Made by a program: the position numbers and the translations under genes. Positions 15,986-24,488 of a stretch of 27,545 nucleotides of DNA are shown in pieces (positions within the stretch are counted from its first letter, which is position 1; every line of letters starts with the position of its first letter). The notes below the pieces were generated by a model that saw only the letters and a program-made list of their open reading frames with translations, did no database searches and was not told where the DNA came from. Origin of the DNA: a virus. Taxonomy: Duplodnaviria > Caudoviricetes. The DNA lies in the IMG/VR virus record IMGVR_UViG_3300048574_000076, positions 1 to 27,545 of that record; one strand, 5' to 3'.

Positions 15986-18900
15986 GCTACGACATCCAGC
16001 TCGTCGCGTACTCGCCCGGCACGGACACGGTGCTGGGTGTGCTGCCGGAGCCGCTGTCCTGGTCGGCGTCGGTCGTCCTCAACAACGACGGCGCACTCAC
16101 CGTCAAGTACAGCGAGCTGGCCGAGAACGGGGATCTGGCAGCACGCGGGCTGAACGCCGGGCTGGACATCGCGCTGAAGGTCAACTGGCAGGGTGGGCCG
16201 ACCGATTGGGTGGAGCCGGACGGCTGCCGCTACCTGCTCGTCGGCGACGACTACGACAAGTCGGACCCGGCCCTGGTGCACACCCTGACCCTGCCGTCGT
16301 GGTCCTGGCTGCTCAACAAAATCTGCGACCTCAACACCGGCGCACTAGCAGGTTCGAAGAGCAAGAACGCGGGAATGCGCGTCTTCTCCGCGACATCGGA
16401 CGCCGGCGACGTGTGCAAGAAGATGCTCGACGAGCACGACGCCAGGAGCGGCCCCGCGGTGCCGATCCTGCGCGACTCGTGGACCACCACCAAGGACTCC
16501 GGCGGCAACAACTGGGCGAAGAAGCTCGGCAAGGCCACCGACGGCCGAGCGTTCCCCGCCGGTCAGCCTTTGCACGAGAAGCTGGACGCGCTGACGAAGA
16601 ACGGGCTGTGCGACTGGATCACCCGCGGCCGCGGGCTGCGGATCTACAACCCGAACACCGCATCGGCTGATCTGTCCGCGACGGTGCATCTGAGGTACGG
16701 CGACGATCTGACCGACGCGCCGTCTTCGACGTCGCAGGCCGACCGGGTCGCCCGCCTCCTCGTCAAGGGCGACGGCAAACACAAGGTCACGGTCAAGGAC
16801 CCGAGCGTGCCGGAGTACTACGGCCGCTGGGAAGGCATGATCGACTCGGCCGGCGTCAAGAACGACGACGACCTCGAGGACGCCGGGAACGCCGCGCTGG
16901 ACGACCGGAACCGCATCAAGGGCCAGTACGTCCGCACTCTGACCATGGCCGGCACGTGGCTGCCGATCCGGGACTACAACGTGGGCGACTGGATCACCGC
17001 ACCGGGCGCGACCGGTGATGAGCGGCTGCGGATCATGCAGATCACCATCACCCGCGACGAGCAGAACGGGCTGTCCGGCAACATCGTCCTGGGTGACCGG
17101 TTCACCAACGCAGATCTTGCGCTGGCCGGCCGGGTGACAGCGATCACCGCGGGCTCCACCGGGGTGATCGGGAACGGGTCCATGATCGGTGCGCCGATCG
17201 TGGACAGCCGCCAGCCCGCCGCGCCCACGAACCTGACGGTGACTGGCGAGCTGTACGTCAACCCGTTCGGTGAGCACCGGGTACGGGGCAGGTTCTCCTG
17301 GGACCCGGTGTCTACGGCGACCGACGGTACCGAGCTGGACGTGTCGCGCTACGAGCTGCTGGGCCAGCCGCAGACCACCCCGGCGTCGGAGTGGCGGACG
17401 ATCGGCGCCACGTCGAGCAACGCGGCCGCGTTGACGGTGGACGAGTTCCAGGTGGGTTCGCAGTGGCTGTTCACGGCCCGCGCCTACGGGGTGACGACGA
17501 CCGAACCGGGCGTGCAGTCAGCGACTGCCAGCATCGAGTTCGGCACCGACGCCATTCCCCCGAATAAGCCGTCGACGCCGACCGGCGGCACCTGGCTGGG
17601 TGCGGGTGTGGTCGGCTGGGACGGCAAGGACACCGCCGGCGACGCTATGCCGCCCGACTTCGCTCGTTGCGAGGTGCACCTGTCGACCACGTCGGGATTC
17701 ACCCCCGACCTGACGGGAACGACGACCCGCCGGGCCGCGTTGTTGAAGTCGGGCACGTTCACCGTCTCCGGTCTCGCCTACGGCACCACGTACTACGTGC
17801 GGCTCGTCGCCTACGACCTGTCCGGGAATGCGTCGGTCCCCTCCGACCAGGTCAGCTTCACCCCTGCCAGGGTGAAGACTTCGGACCTGGTCGACTCCTA
17901 CACCGTGACGTTCACTGACACCCCACTGCCCCCGTACAAGCTGGGTGATCTGTGGCAGGACTCCGACTCGATCCTGTGGATCTGCACCACAGCCCGCGGC
18001 ACTGGGGCATTCGTCGCGTCCGACTGGTCACTCCAGATCGTGACCGCGGAGATGATGGCCGCCACCGACATCTTCTCGATCAACCAGACGTGGGGCCCGC
18101 CGTCCGGGACGCACCTGTCGGCGGACGCCGATGACGGCTTCCAGGCGTGGGCCCCGAACCCGGCGGCGTCCAACGCGGTGCAGTCCTGGCTGCGGATGGG
18201 TGACGCCGACTCCGGTGACGGCATGTCCTTCGGCTTCGACCCGGACAATCCCGTCGCCCGCATCACCGCCAGCGGCAACGCCAGCTTCCAATCGGTCTCC
18301 ACCCAGGCGCTGCGGGTCGGCGGGTCCACCCTGGACGAGATCCTCGCCCCCTACCCTCGCGGGACGCTGGCCTACACCCTCGGAACCACGACAACGACCG
18401 GCATCACCACCACGGAGACGGGAGTCATCGAGCTGCGGGCCGTGCTGCAGCCGGATCGGCTGTACAAGATCGAGGTCTCCGGTCTCGCGGTCCGGGCGTC
18501 CGCGGCCGACACGGTGGCTCTGGCGAGCATGCGCTACGCCTACGACGGCTCGGCGGTCTCCACCAGCTCGACGATTCTGCGCAACGGCCGACTGCTGCTC
18601 AACCCGACCAATGTGTACACGACCCAGCCCGCCATGTCCGCGATCATCAACACCGCCGGCCAGGGGGGACTGCGTGAGTTGCGGGCGCTGTTGTCGATCG
18701 TGCGTGACTCGGGCGGCACCATCGACGTGTGGGGCTCGGCCACCCAGCCGGTGCTCCTCGAAATCACCGACCAGGGCGCGGCGAAGGCCGCCACCACCAC
18801 CGCGAAGCTGTGGACCAGCGTCTGGAACTGCTCGGCGATGCACGCGAACGGTGCAGGGTCGCCGGTCACATCGGTCGATCTGATCGCCGCCCAGAACCCA

Positions 18901-19290
18901 GGCACCTACGCACAGTGGGCGCACCTGCTCTTCGGCAACGCAGCCATCTCGGGTGAATCGGCCACTGTCGCGGCGGCACTGGCCGGCGCGACGCTACTCA
19001 AGGCTGAACTCGGCGCCTACTACTCGAAAGCCAGCACATCATGGGCCGTGCTGGGCTGGCCACAGACAACGACGGCAGCCAACTCAACCGCTCCGAGCGG
19101 CCTCACGGGTGACCAGATCGCCGACTCGGCTTCCTCGGCCGCACCCGCTCAGGTGTGGGGGACGCTGGCCAGCTTCACCACCACCAGCCGCTCGGTGAAG
19201 ATCGGCAATCGCGTGATCGGCGGCAACTACGTCCGAACCCTCAACACGGCTAGCCACCCTCTGCAACTCCGTCTCACCTATCTGCGATAA
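15982..19290 (+). CDS. Large minor tail protein (hub + fibronectin III repeats + C-terminal beta region)
   Basis: GTGA overlap. N-terminal hub-like region (LNNDGALTVKY, YGRWEG, DYNVGDWI) and FN3 motifs PAAPTNLTV and VSGLAYGTTYYVRLVAYDLSGNAS. Confidence 0.88.
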   Translation: MSYDIQLVAYSPGTDTVLGVLPEPLSWSASVVLNNDGALTVKYSELAENGDLAARGLNAGLDIALKVNWQGGPTDWVEPDGCRYLLVGDDYDKSDPALVHTLTLPSWSWLLNKICDLNTGALAGSKSKNAGMRVFSATSDAGDVCKKMLDEHDARSGPAVPILRDSWTTTKDSGGNNWAKKLGKATDGRAFPAGQPLHEKLDALTKNGLCDWITRGRGLRIYNPNTASADLSATVHLRYGDDLTDAPSSTSQADRVARLLVKGDGKHKVTVKDPSVPEYYGRWEGMIDSAGVKNDDDLEDAGNAALDDRNRIKGQYVRTLTMAGTWLPIRDYNVGDWITAPGATGDERLRIMQITITRDEQNGLSGNIVLGDRFTNADLALAGRVTAITAGSTGVIGNGSMIGAPIVDSRQPAAPTNLTVTGELYVNPFGEHRVRGRFSWDPVSTATDGTELDVSRYELLGQPQTTPASEWRTIGATSSNAAALTVDEFQVGSQWLFTARAYGVTTTEPGVQSATASIEFGTDAIPPNKPSTPTGGTWLGAGVVGWDGKDTAGDAMPPDFARCEVHLSTTSGFTPDLTGTTTRRAALLKSGTFTVSGLAYGTTYYVRLVAYDLSGNASVPSDQVSFTPARVKTSDLVDSYTVTFTDTPLPPYKLGDLWQDSDSILWICTTARGTGAFVASDWSLQIVTAEMMAATDIFSINQTWGPPSGTHLSADADDGFQAWAPNPAASNAVQSWLRMGDADSGDGMSFGFDPDNPVARITASGNASFQSVSTQALRVGGSTLDEILAPYPRGTLAYTLGTTTTTGITTTETGVIELRAVLQPDRLYKIEVSGLAVRASAADTVALASMRYAYDGSAVSTSSTILRNGRLLLNPTNVYTTQPAMSAIINTAGQGGLRELRALLSIVRDSGGTIDVWGSATQPVLLEITDQGAAKAATTTAKLWTSVWNCSAMHANGAGSPVTSVDLIAAQNPGTYAQWAHLLFGNAAISGESATVAAALAGATLLKAELGAYYSKASTSWAVLGWPQTTTAANSTAPSGLTGDQIADSASSAAPAQVWGTLASFTTTSRSVKIGNRVIGGNYVRTLNTASHPLQLRLTYLR

Positions 19291-19302
19291 GGAGCAGACC
19301 CC

Positions 19303-19638
19303 ATGAAGAAGATCCTCGTCGGCCTCGCAGTCCTGCTGCTCGCCGCTCTCGTCGCGACGCCCGCGGAGGGCGCATCCCCGCAGGTCGCCGCCTACAAGAC
19401 CCAGCTCGTGTCCGCGATCGACTTTCAGACCGGCTGTCGGACGCTCGATGGCCCTGTGAAAGTCCCCGTCGACTACGTCTTCCAATACAAGGCGACCAAG
19501 TCCTCGGGCTGGGTGACCGTGTGGGTGAGCGATGACGGGGTGCAGTTCACACTCATCCGGGACGCCCAGAACCCGCCGTGGGGTTGCGTACCGCTCGTCG
19601 CGCCCATCGCCGTGCCGTCCGCCTGGGCGAAAGCCTGA
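19303..19638 (+). CDS. Small secreted protein
   Basis: AAGGAG RBS; Sec-type signal peptide MKKILVGLAVLLLAALVATPAEGA; two Cys in the mature part. Confidence 0.75.
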   Translation: MKKILVGLAVLLLAALVATPAEGASPQVAAYKTQLVSAIDFQTGCRTLDGPVKVPVDYVFQYKATKSSGWVTVWVSDDGVQFTLIRDAQNPPWGCVPLVAPIAVPSAWAKA

Positions 19639-19664
19639 GCCCAAGCTACTCGCAGGGCTGAGCG

Positions 19665-20063
19665 ATGCCGCACCCCGAGTGGCTGGACAGCGTCGGGATC
19701 GATGACGTGATCGGGGCACTACTCGCCCTGCTGCTGATCGGAGGCCTGGTGCTCGTGCTGGTCAAGATGGTCCACCCACTCATGGTCAAGCTGACGCGGG
19801 TCCTCGACCTGATCCTCGGCCGACCTGACCAGCAGGGGATCCCGGGCAAGCCGTCGATGATGGATCGCTTCGACGCGCTCGATGACCGGATGCGCGCTCA
19901 GGATGTGCAGATCGCCGAAATCAAGGGCCAGGTGACTCCCAATCACGGCAGCTCCGCGCACGACAAACTGACCCGCAGGATCGGCCGCGTCGATTTCAAA
20001 GTAGACGCGCTCTTCCGGCATCTCGGCGTCCCCATCCCACCGGACGACGACCCTCCCGCCTGA
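19665..20063 (+). CDS. Single-pass membrane protein of the lysis cassette (DUF2746-like)
   Basis: N-terminal TM helix, G.P...GIPGKPSMMDR, coiled coil and VTPNHGSSAHD (the PNxGSSxxD motif common beside actinophage lysins). Confidence 0.75.
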   Translation: MPHPEWLDSVGIDDVIGALLALLLIGGLVLVLVKMVHPLMVKLTRVLDLILGRPDQQGIPGKPSMMDRFDALDDRMRAQDVQIAEIKGQVTPNHGSSAHDKLTRRIGRVDFKVDALFRHLGVPIPPDDDPPA

Positions 20064-20106
20064 TCAGTCCCATCCCTATCTACCCACCTCGCAAGGAGGC
20101 CATCGC

Positions 20107-20292
20107 ATGCTGCCCGAACCCGATCAGACCGTGCCCGACGACGACACCGACGACCAGCCTGAGGTCGAGCTCGACGTCCCGCAGGCACCGCTCGACACCG
20201 ACCCGGACGACGAGCTCGTGACCGACGACGCCGACCAGTGGCCCTACGACCCGGAAACCGAGTCCGTGCCCGACGAGGAGGTGGCTCAGTGA
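20107..20292 (+). CDS. Highly acidic 61-aa protein
   Basis: AAGGAGG RBS; 24 Asp/Glu and no Lys/Arg; its stop overlaps the lysin start (GTGA). Confidence 0.75.
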   Translation: MLPEPDQTVPDDDTDDQPEVELDVPQAPLDTDPDDELVTDDADQWPYDPETESVPDEEVAQ

Positions 20293-21632
20293 CGATTGCT
20301 GCTGCGATCACGGTCGGCAAGAAGCTCGCGTCCGGCAATTTCGGCTACGGCCAGGACGACCGGAAGAGCGCCTGGAACGACAACGGCAAGCTGGGCTTGG
20401 CGGGGCTCCGCGAGCCCGGCGATTCCGACTGCACGTTCTCGACGGCGCTGATCTACTACCTCGCCAGCCTGATCCCGCGCAGCGTCCTGACCGGCACCAT
20501 CTACTCCGGCAATTTCGGTCCGGCGCTCGGTGCGACCGGCATGGTCGACCGGATCAACGTCCGGAATCTGAGCCTCGCCCAGATCAACGCCAAAGCGAAG
20601 CCGGCCGACGCGATCTATGGCCCCGGCCACGCGATGTTCCACCTCGGCGGCGGCAAGTGGTTGAGCTTCGAGACGACGGAGAAGGGCAAGAGCACCGGCG
20701 GGAAGCTCGGCCGCCAGAAGGGTGAGGGTGTCCGGACCCGCTCCCTCTATGTGCGTGGCGCATCCTCGCGGAGCAAGGCCAAGTCCAAGACCGGCTGGTC
20801 TGAGCTGATCCGGCCCAAGTCGCCGGCGACCCTGCTCGGTGCGCTGCTGGCTGCCTACGGCAAGGGCAAGGACACGAAGGCTGCGCAGGCGCGAGTGACG
20901 CTGCGGTCCCCGTGGGATGGCCCCCGCTACGCCGAGATGATGGCCGAGTGGGCCGCGCTCGACAAGGGCGTCCCGGTCACCTACGACGCCACCAAGCTCA
21001 CCGTCCCGCAGACCGGTCACATGTTCGTGGTGCTCGGCGGCACCCCGACGCAGATGGACCGCCGCCTCTCCGCAGCCCTGCCCGCCATCCTCGCCAACCC
21101 CGCGTCCAAGGTCATCGTCACGGGCGCGCCGATCCGGGACGGCAAGACCGAGGCCGCCTGGATGCGGGACTGGCTGATCGCTGCGGCTGGCAAGGCGGCG
21201 TCCGACGGGTTCGTCCCCGACCTCGCGAAGACGGACGACGAGAACGCAGCCGACAAGGACAAGGCCGTCGCCGCCGCAAAGTCAGTGATGCAGAAGCGAG
21301 TCATCGTCGAAGCCAGGGCGCAATCGACCATCGGCAACGCGCTGTACTCGGTGGACCTCATGCGGCAATGGAACCTGACCAGCTACACGCTGGTCAGCTA
21401 CGCCTCACACCTGCGCCGGGCAGCGATCCTGTTCCGCGCCGCGCTCGCCAAGGCCGAGACCGCCGACAACAAGCGCCGCAGCATCGCCGCGACCACGTGC
21501 ATCGCGTGGGACGACTACGGTACCCAGCCGCACGCCTCCACCCTGCCCATCGACTCGGCTACCCGCGCCCAGTACGCGGGCTACGTCGCATCCCTGCTGG
21601 GCGTCTCGGCCCAGTACAAGTCCGCACTCTGA
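20289..21632 (+). CDS. Putative endolysin: NlpC/P60-like Cys peptidase fused to a DUF218 (YdcF/ElyC/SanA) domain
   Basis: GYGQDDR..DSDCTFST..GHAMF Cys-His peptidase motifs. C-terminal VVLGG..RL..VIVTG..TEA..MRDWL..IVEARAQSTIGNA..LVSYASHLRRA DUF218 motifs. Adjacent to the holin. Confidence 0.78.
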   Translation: MTIAAAITVGKKLASGNFGYGQDDRKSAWNDNGKLGLAGLREPGDSDCTFSTALIYYLASLIPRSVLTGTIYSGNFGPALGATGMVDRINVRNLSLAQINAKAKPADAIYGPGHAMFHLGGGKWLSFETTEKGKSTGGKLGRQKGEGVRTRSLYVRGASSRSKAKSKTGWSELIRPKSPATLLGALLAAYGKGKDTKAAQARVTLRSPWDGPRYAEMMAEWAALDKGVPVTYDATKLTVPQTGHMFVVLGGTPTQMDRRLSAALPAILANPASKVIVTGAPIRDGKTEAAWMRDWLIAAAGKAASDGFVPDLAKTDDENAADKDKAVAAAKSVMQKRVIVEARAQSTIGNALYSVDLMRQWNLTSYTLVSYASHLRRAAILFRAALAKAETADNKRRSIAATTCIAWDDYGTQPHASTLPIDSATRAQYAGYVASLLGVSAQYKSAL

Positions 21633-21642
21633 GGAGACCACC

Positions 21643-21864
21643 ATGAACCCGCTCACCCTGATCCCTGACGCCGTCCGCAAGGGCATCTACGTCGCATACG
21701 CCAGTCTCGGCGTCCTGATCGGCGCCGTGCAGGTCGGCTACGTGGCCATCAACGCCGCCCAGCCGGACGCGCTCACCATCGCCCTCGCGGTCTACGCCTA
21801 CGTCGGTGTCGCGCTCGGCCTCACGGCAGCCAGCAACGTCCAGTCGTCCAGCGACGACGCCTGA
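21643..21864 (+). CDS. Holin
   Basis: 73 aa with two TM helices; IPDAVRKGIY...LGLTAASNV pattern; follows the lysin; GAGGAG RBS. Confidence 0.85.
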   Translation: MNPLTLIPDAVRKGIYVAYASLGVLIGAVQVGYVAINAAQPDALTIALAVYAYVGVALGLTAASNVQSSSDDA

Positions 21865-21867
21865 CCG

Positions 21868-21923
21868 ATCTTCCCAGTGTGACCGGGCCTGACTTAGAAG
21901 TTTGTCCCAATCTTCCCAGTGTG
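21868..21923 (+). repeat. 14-bp direct repeat, two copies
   Basis: ATCTTCCCAGTGTG at 21868-21881 and 21910-21923. Confidence 0.8.
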
Positions 21924-22064
21924 CTTGCCGGTCTGTCCGAGGCTGAGCGGCTGGCGCTCTTCCACCACCAGCACTGGGTCGCCGACGCCTGCCAGCAGGC
22001 CCAGCAACTCCTGAACGAGCCCCCGGAAACCCGGGGGCTTTCGCATGCCACCAAGGAGGACTAG
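21879..22064 (+). CDS. Possible small hypothetical protein
   Basis: Fills the gap and has GC-rich third positions in its 3' half, but has no RBS and overlaps a repeat and a hairpin. Confidence 0.3.
   Translation: MTGPDLEVCPNLPSVLAGLSEAERLALFHHQHWVADACQQAQQLLNEPPETRGLSHATKED
22018..22042 (+). terminator. Intrinsic terminator-like hairpin
   Basis: AGCCCCCGG-AAAC-CCGGGGGCT followed by TTCGCAT. Confidence 0.6.
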
Positions 22065-23102
22065 ATGGCTAATCCGTCCAGCCGCTGGGATCGGGTGCCG
22101 GTCTACGGCGTGTACCTGACTGCGGACGACCAGCCCGTCCCGGGCACCGTGAACTTCGGCTTCGCCACCCGCGTGACCCGCGTCGATGGGCGGATCATCT
22201 ACCCGCAGGGCGCGACCCGTACCGCCACGATCGGCAACACCGACCAACAGGACTCCACGATCCGCTCCGTGGTCAGGGCGGCATGGCGGGCCGCGGACGC
22301 CGCATCTGCAGGTGGTGGCTTCGACGGCACGGCCTGGGACACATGGTGGGACGACGTCATCGTCCCCGCCGCGATCTTCACCAGCTTCCCGGCGCTGGAC
22401 GACCCGGACATCACCCAGCAGGAGGGCGCAGCCGTCCTGGTCAAAGAAGCGCTGACGACCGGGCTCGGCAAGCAATACGCGATCACCCCTCTCCTGGCAC
22501 AGCTCGACACCCCGATCCCCGGCATCAACCTCGGCACTATCGAGGTCCCGCCTGGCAGCCCCACGGTCCCGGCGCCGATGTACGCCAAGGGTGTCGCCGG
22601 TGGCGTCGCCAGCCTGGATGAGACTGCGAAGGTGCCGCTCGAGCAGCTACCCGACGACATCGGTGGCGGTGCCACCACGGTCGACGGGCTCACCGACGTG
22701 ACGACGGTCGGCAAGGCTGTGGTGACGGCGGCGGACGCCGCAGCTGCCCGCTCGGCGATCGGTGCGCAGCCTGCCGGGTCGTACCTGACTTCGGTTCCGT
22801 CGTCGTCCACCACCACGGCGGGCGTGGTCGAGCTGGCCACCGTCACCGAGGCCAAGGCGGGCACCGACACGGCCCGGGCGGTCACCCCGGCCGGGCTCAG
22901 CGGAGCGATCAGCGACGCCACCGCTGGTCGCGGCCTGTACACGGTGGTGTGGGACTCGACCGCAGGTGCCTACCCGACGATCCCGTCGACCCCGCCTGCT
23001 GGTGTCACGGTCCGTGAGTTCGTCGGGCCGACGAATCCCGCGTCCTTGTCGATCACCGCATGGTCGGGTGTGGTCGACCTGTACACCTACGCCGCGATCT
23101 AG
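22065..23102 (+). CDS. Minor tail / fibre-like protein
   Basis: KGVAGGVASLDETAKVPLEQLP, TDVTTVGKAVVTAADAAAARSAIGA and AGVVELATVTEAKAGTDTARAVTPAGL are motifs seen in phage fibre proteins. AAGGAGG RBS. Confidence 0.75.
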   Translation: MANPSSRWDRVPVYGVYLTADDQPVPGTVNFGFATRVTRVDGRIIYPQGATRTATIGNTDQQDSTIRSVVRAAWRAADAASAGGGFDGTAWDTWWDDVIVPAAIFTSFPALDDPDITQQEGAAVLVKEALTTGLGKQYAITPLLAQLDTPIPGINLGTIEVPPGSPTVPAPMYAKGVAGGVASLDETAKVPLEQLPDDIGGGATTVDGLTDVTTVGKAVVTAADAAAARSAIGAQPAGSYLTSVPSSSTTTAGVVELATVTEAKAGTDTARAVTPAGLSGAISDATAGRGLYTVVWDSTAGAYPTIPSTPPAGVTVREFVGPTNPASLSITAWSGVVDLYTYAAI

Positions 23103-23114
23103 GAGACGACGACA

Positions 23115-24488
23115 ATGGCTCTCACTCAGTTCCCGCTCGATGGTGTCAGCGACGGCACCGCGATCACCACCGGCAACACCGGCGCCTCCACGGTCAGCCT
23201 GGGCTCGGGTTCGACCGGCGCCTATGCGATCGCAGCGAAGGCGTACGGCACGGTTGGCGTGCGGCTGTCGATAGCCACGGGCACCAGCCCAGCGTTCCGG
23301 TTCCTGAACGCGGCCAGTGCCACCAATAACCAGCAGGCGTTCCGGTTCTGCACGTCCGGCCCAAACGGCGCCGCTGCCGGCTCCACGAATGCGGTCAACT
23401 TTGTGACGTTCCGGCACGCCTCGGGCACCGTCGCAGCGATCGGCTACGACAAGGGAAACAACGGGATCAACTTCCGTGACGGCACCAGCGGCACGATCCT
23501 GGCCGCGATCACCTTCGCCGCGCTGACCACGGCAGCGGGGTCGACGGTCAACCTGGCGACCGTGCTCGAGTACTCGCTGGTCATCAACAACAGCACGGGC
23601 GTGTGGAGCCTCAAGGCGTACCTGCCGGGCACGTCAACGGTCGTTTGGAACGCGTCCGGGGCGTCGACGTTCACCTCCACCGCGGCCTTCGCTGGCATGC
23701 AATTCGGCGGATCCTCCGATGTGACGGTGACGCAGGACATCGACTACGTCCAACTCAACGACGGCGCGTCCTCGGAGATCGGCGCGCCTGCGTCCAACCA
23801 GCTCCCGACCCTGACCCTCACCGCGAACCAGACCGCCGCAGCCGGCGCTCCAGTGTCGGTGAGTGCGACTGCGACGGACCCGGACGGCACCGTCGCCTCC
23901 TACGCCTGGTCGATCGCCTACCCGACCAGCGGGGCGCCGTCGCTGACCGGTGCGTCCACCGCCACCTGCAGCTTCACCGCGGGCGTGGCCGGATCGCTGT
24001 ACATCGTGCAGTGCGTCGTGACCGACAATTCTGGTGGCCAGACCACCAAGACCACCGAGGTGCGGGTCCCGAACCCGGCCTCGACGGTCATGCCGCTGAC
24101 CGGGCAGGCGTCGGGTGCGTCCGGGTGGGGCATCGTCGGTTCTGCGTCGGATCAGGGCTCGGCGGTGTCTGACAGCGACGGCGCCACTATGGTCGAGTCG
24201 CCGGACATCACCGGCACCGCCTCCGCGCGCCGGTTCCGGCTGCCGCCGATGGCCGCCCGCTCCGCCCTGACCATCACCCTGCGCGGCGCGATCCTGACCG
24301 CCACTGGCCCGACCGGCTGCAAGGCCCGGGTCGGGTCCGGGTCGACCCAGCACGCCGAGTACACCATCGCACCCACCACCTCCAGCAGCGACATCACCGT
24401 GCCCGCCTCGCCCACCGATCAGGCGACGCTCGCGGCGGCGGTCACCGACTGGGGCGCGGTGTGGGTTGAGCTCGTGGCGGCGAGCTGA
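23115..24488 (+). CDS. Virion accessory protein with beta-sandwich + PKD/Ig-like domain
   Basis: NQLPTLTL...SATATDPDGTVASYAWS...VVTDNSGGQT is PKD-like; Thr/Ser/Gly-rich beta regions; AGGAG RBS. Confidence 0.72.
   Translation: MALTQFPLDGVSDGTAITTGNTGASTVSLGSGSTGAYAIAAKAYGTVGVRLSIATGTSPAFRFLNAASATNNQQAFRFCTSGPNGAAAGSTNAVNFVTFRHASGTVAAIGYDKGNNGINFRDGTSGTILAAITFAALTTAAGSTVNLATVLEYSLVINNSTGVWSLKAYLPGTSTVVWNASGASTFTSTAAFAGMQFGGSSDVTVTQDIDYVQLNDGASSEIGAPASNQLPTLTLTANQTAAAGAPVSVSATATDPDGTVASYAWSIAYPTSGAPSLTGASTATCSFTAGVAGSLYIVQCVVTDNSGGQTTKTTEVRVPNPASTVMPLTGQASGASGWGIVGSASDQGSAVSDSDGATMVESPDITGTASARRFRLPPMAARSALTITLRGAILTATGPTGCKARVGSGSTQHAEYTIAPTTSSSDITVPASPTDQATLAAAVTDWGAVWVELVAAS

Noticed and set aside
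21868-21923. Mini CRISPR array
   Set aside because: Only two 14-bp copies, too short for CRISPR repeats, and no cas genes in the window.
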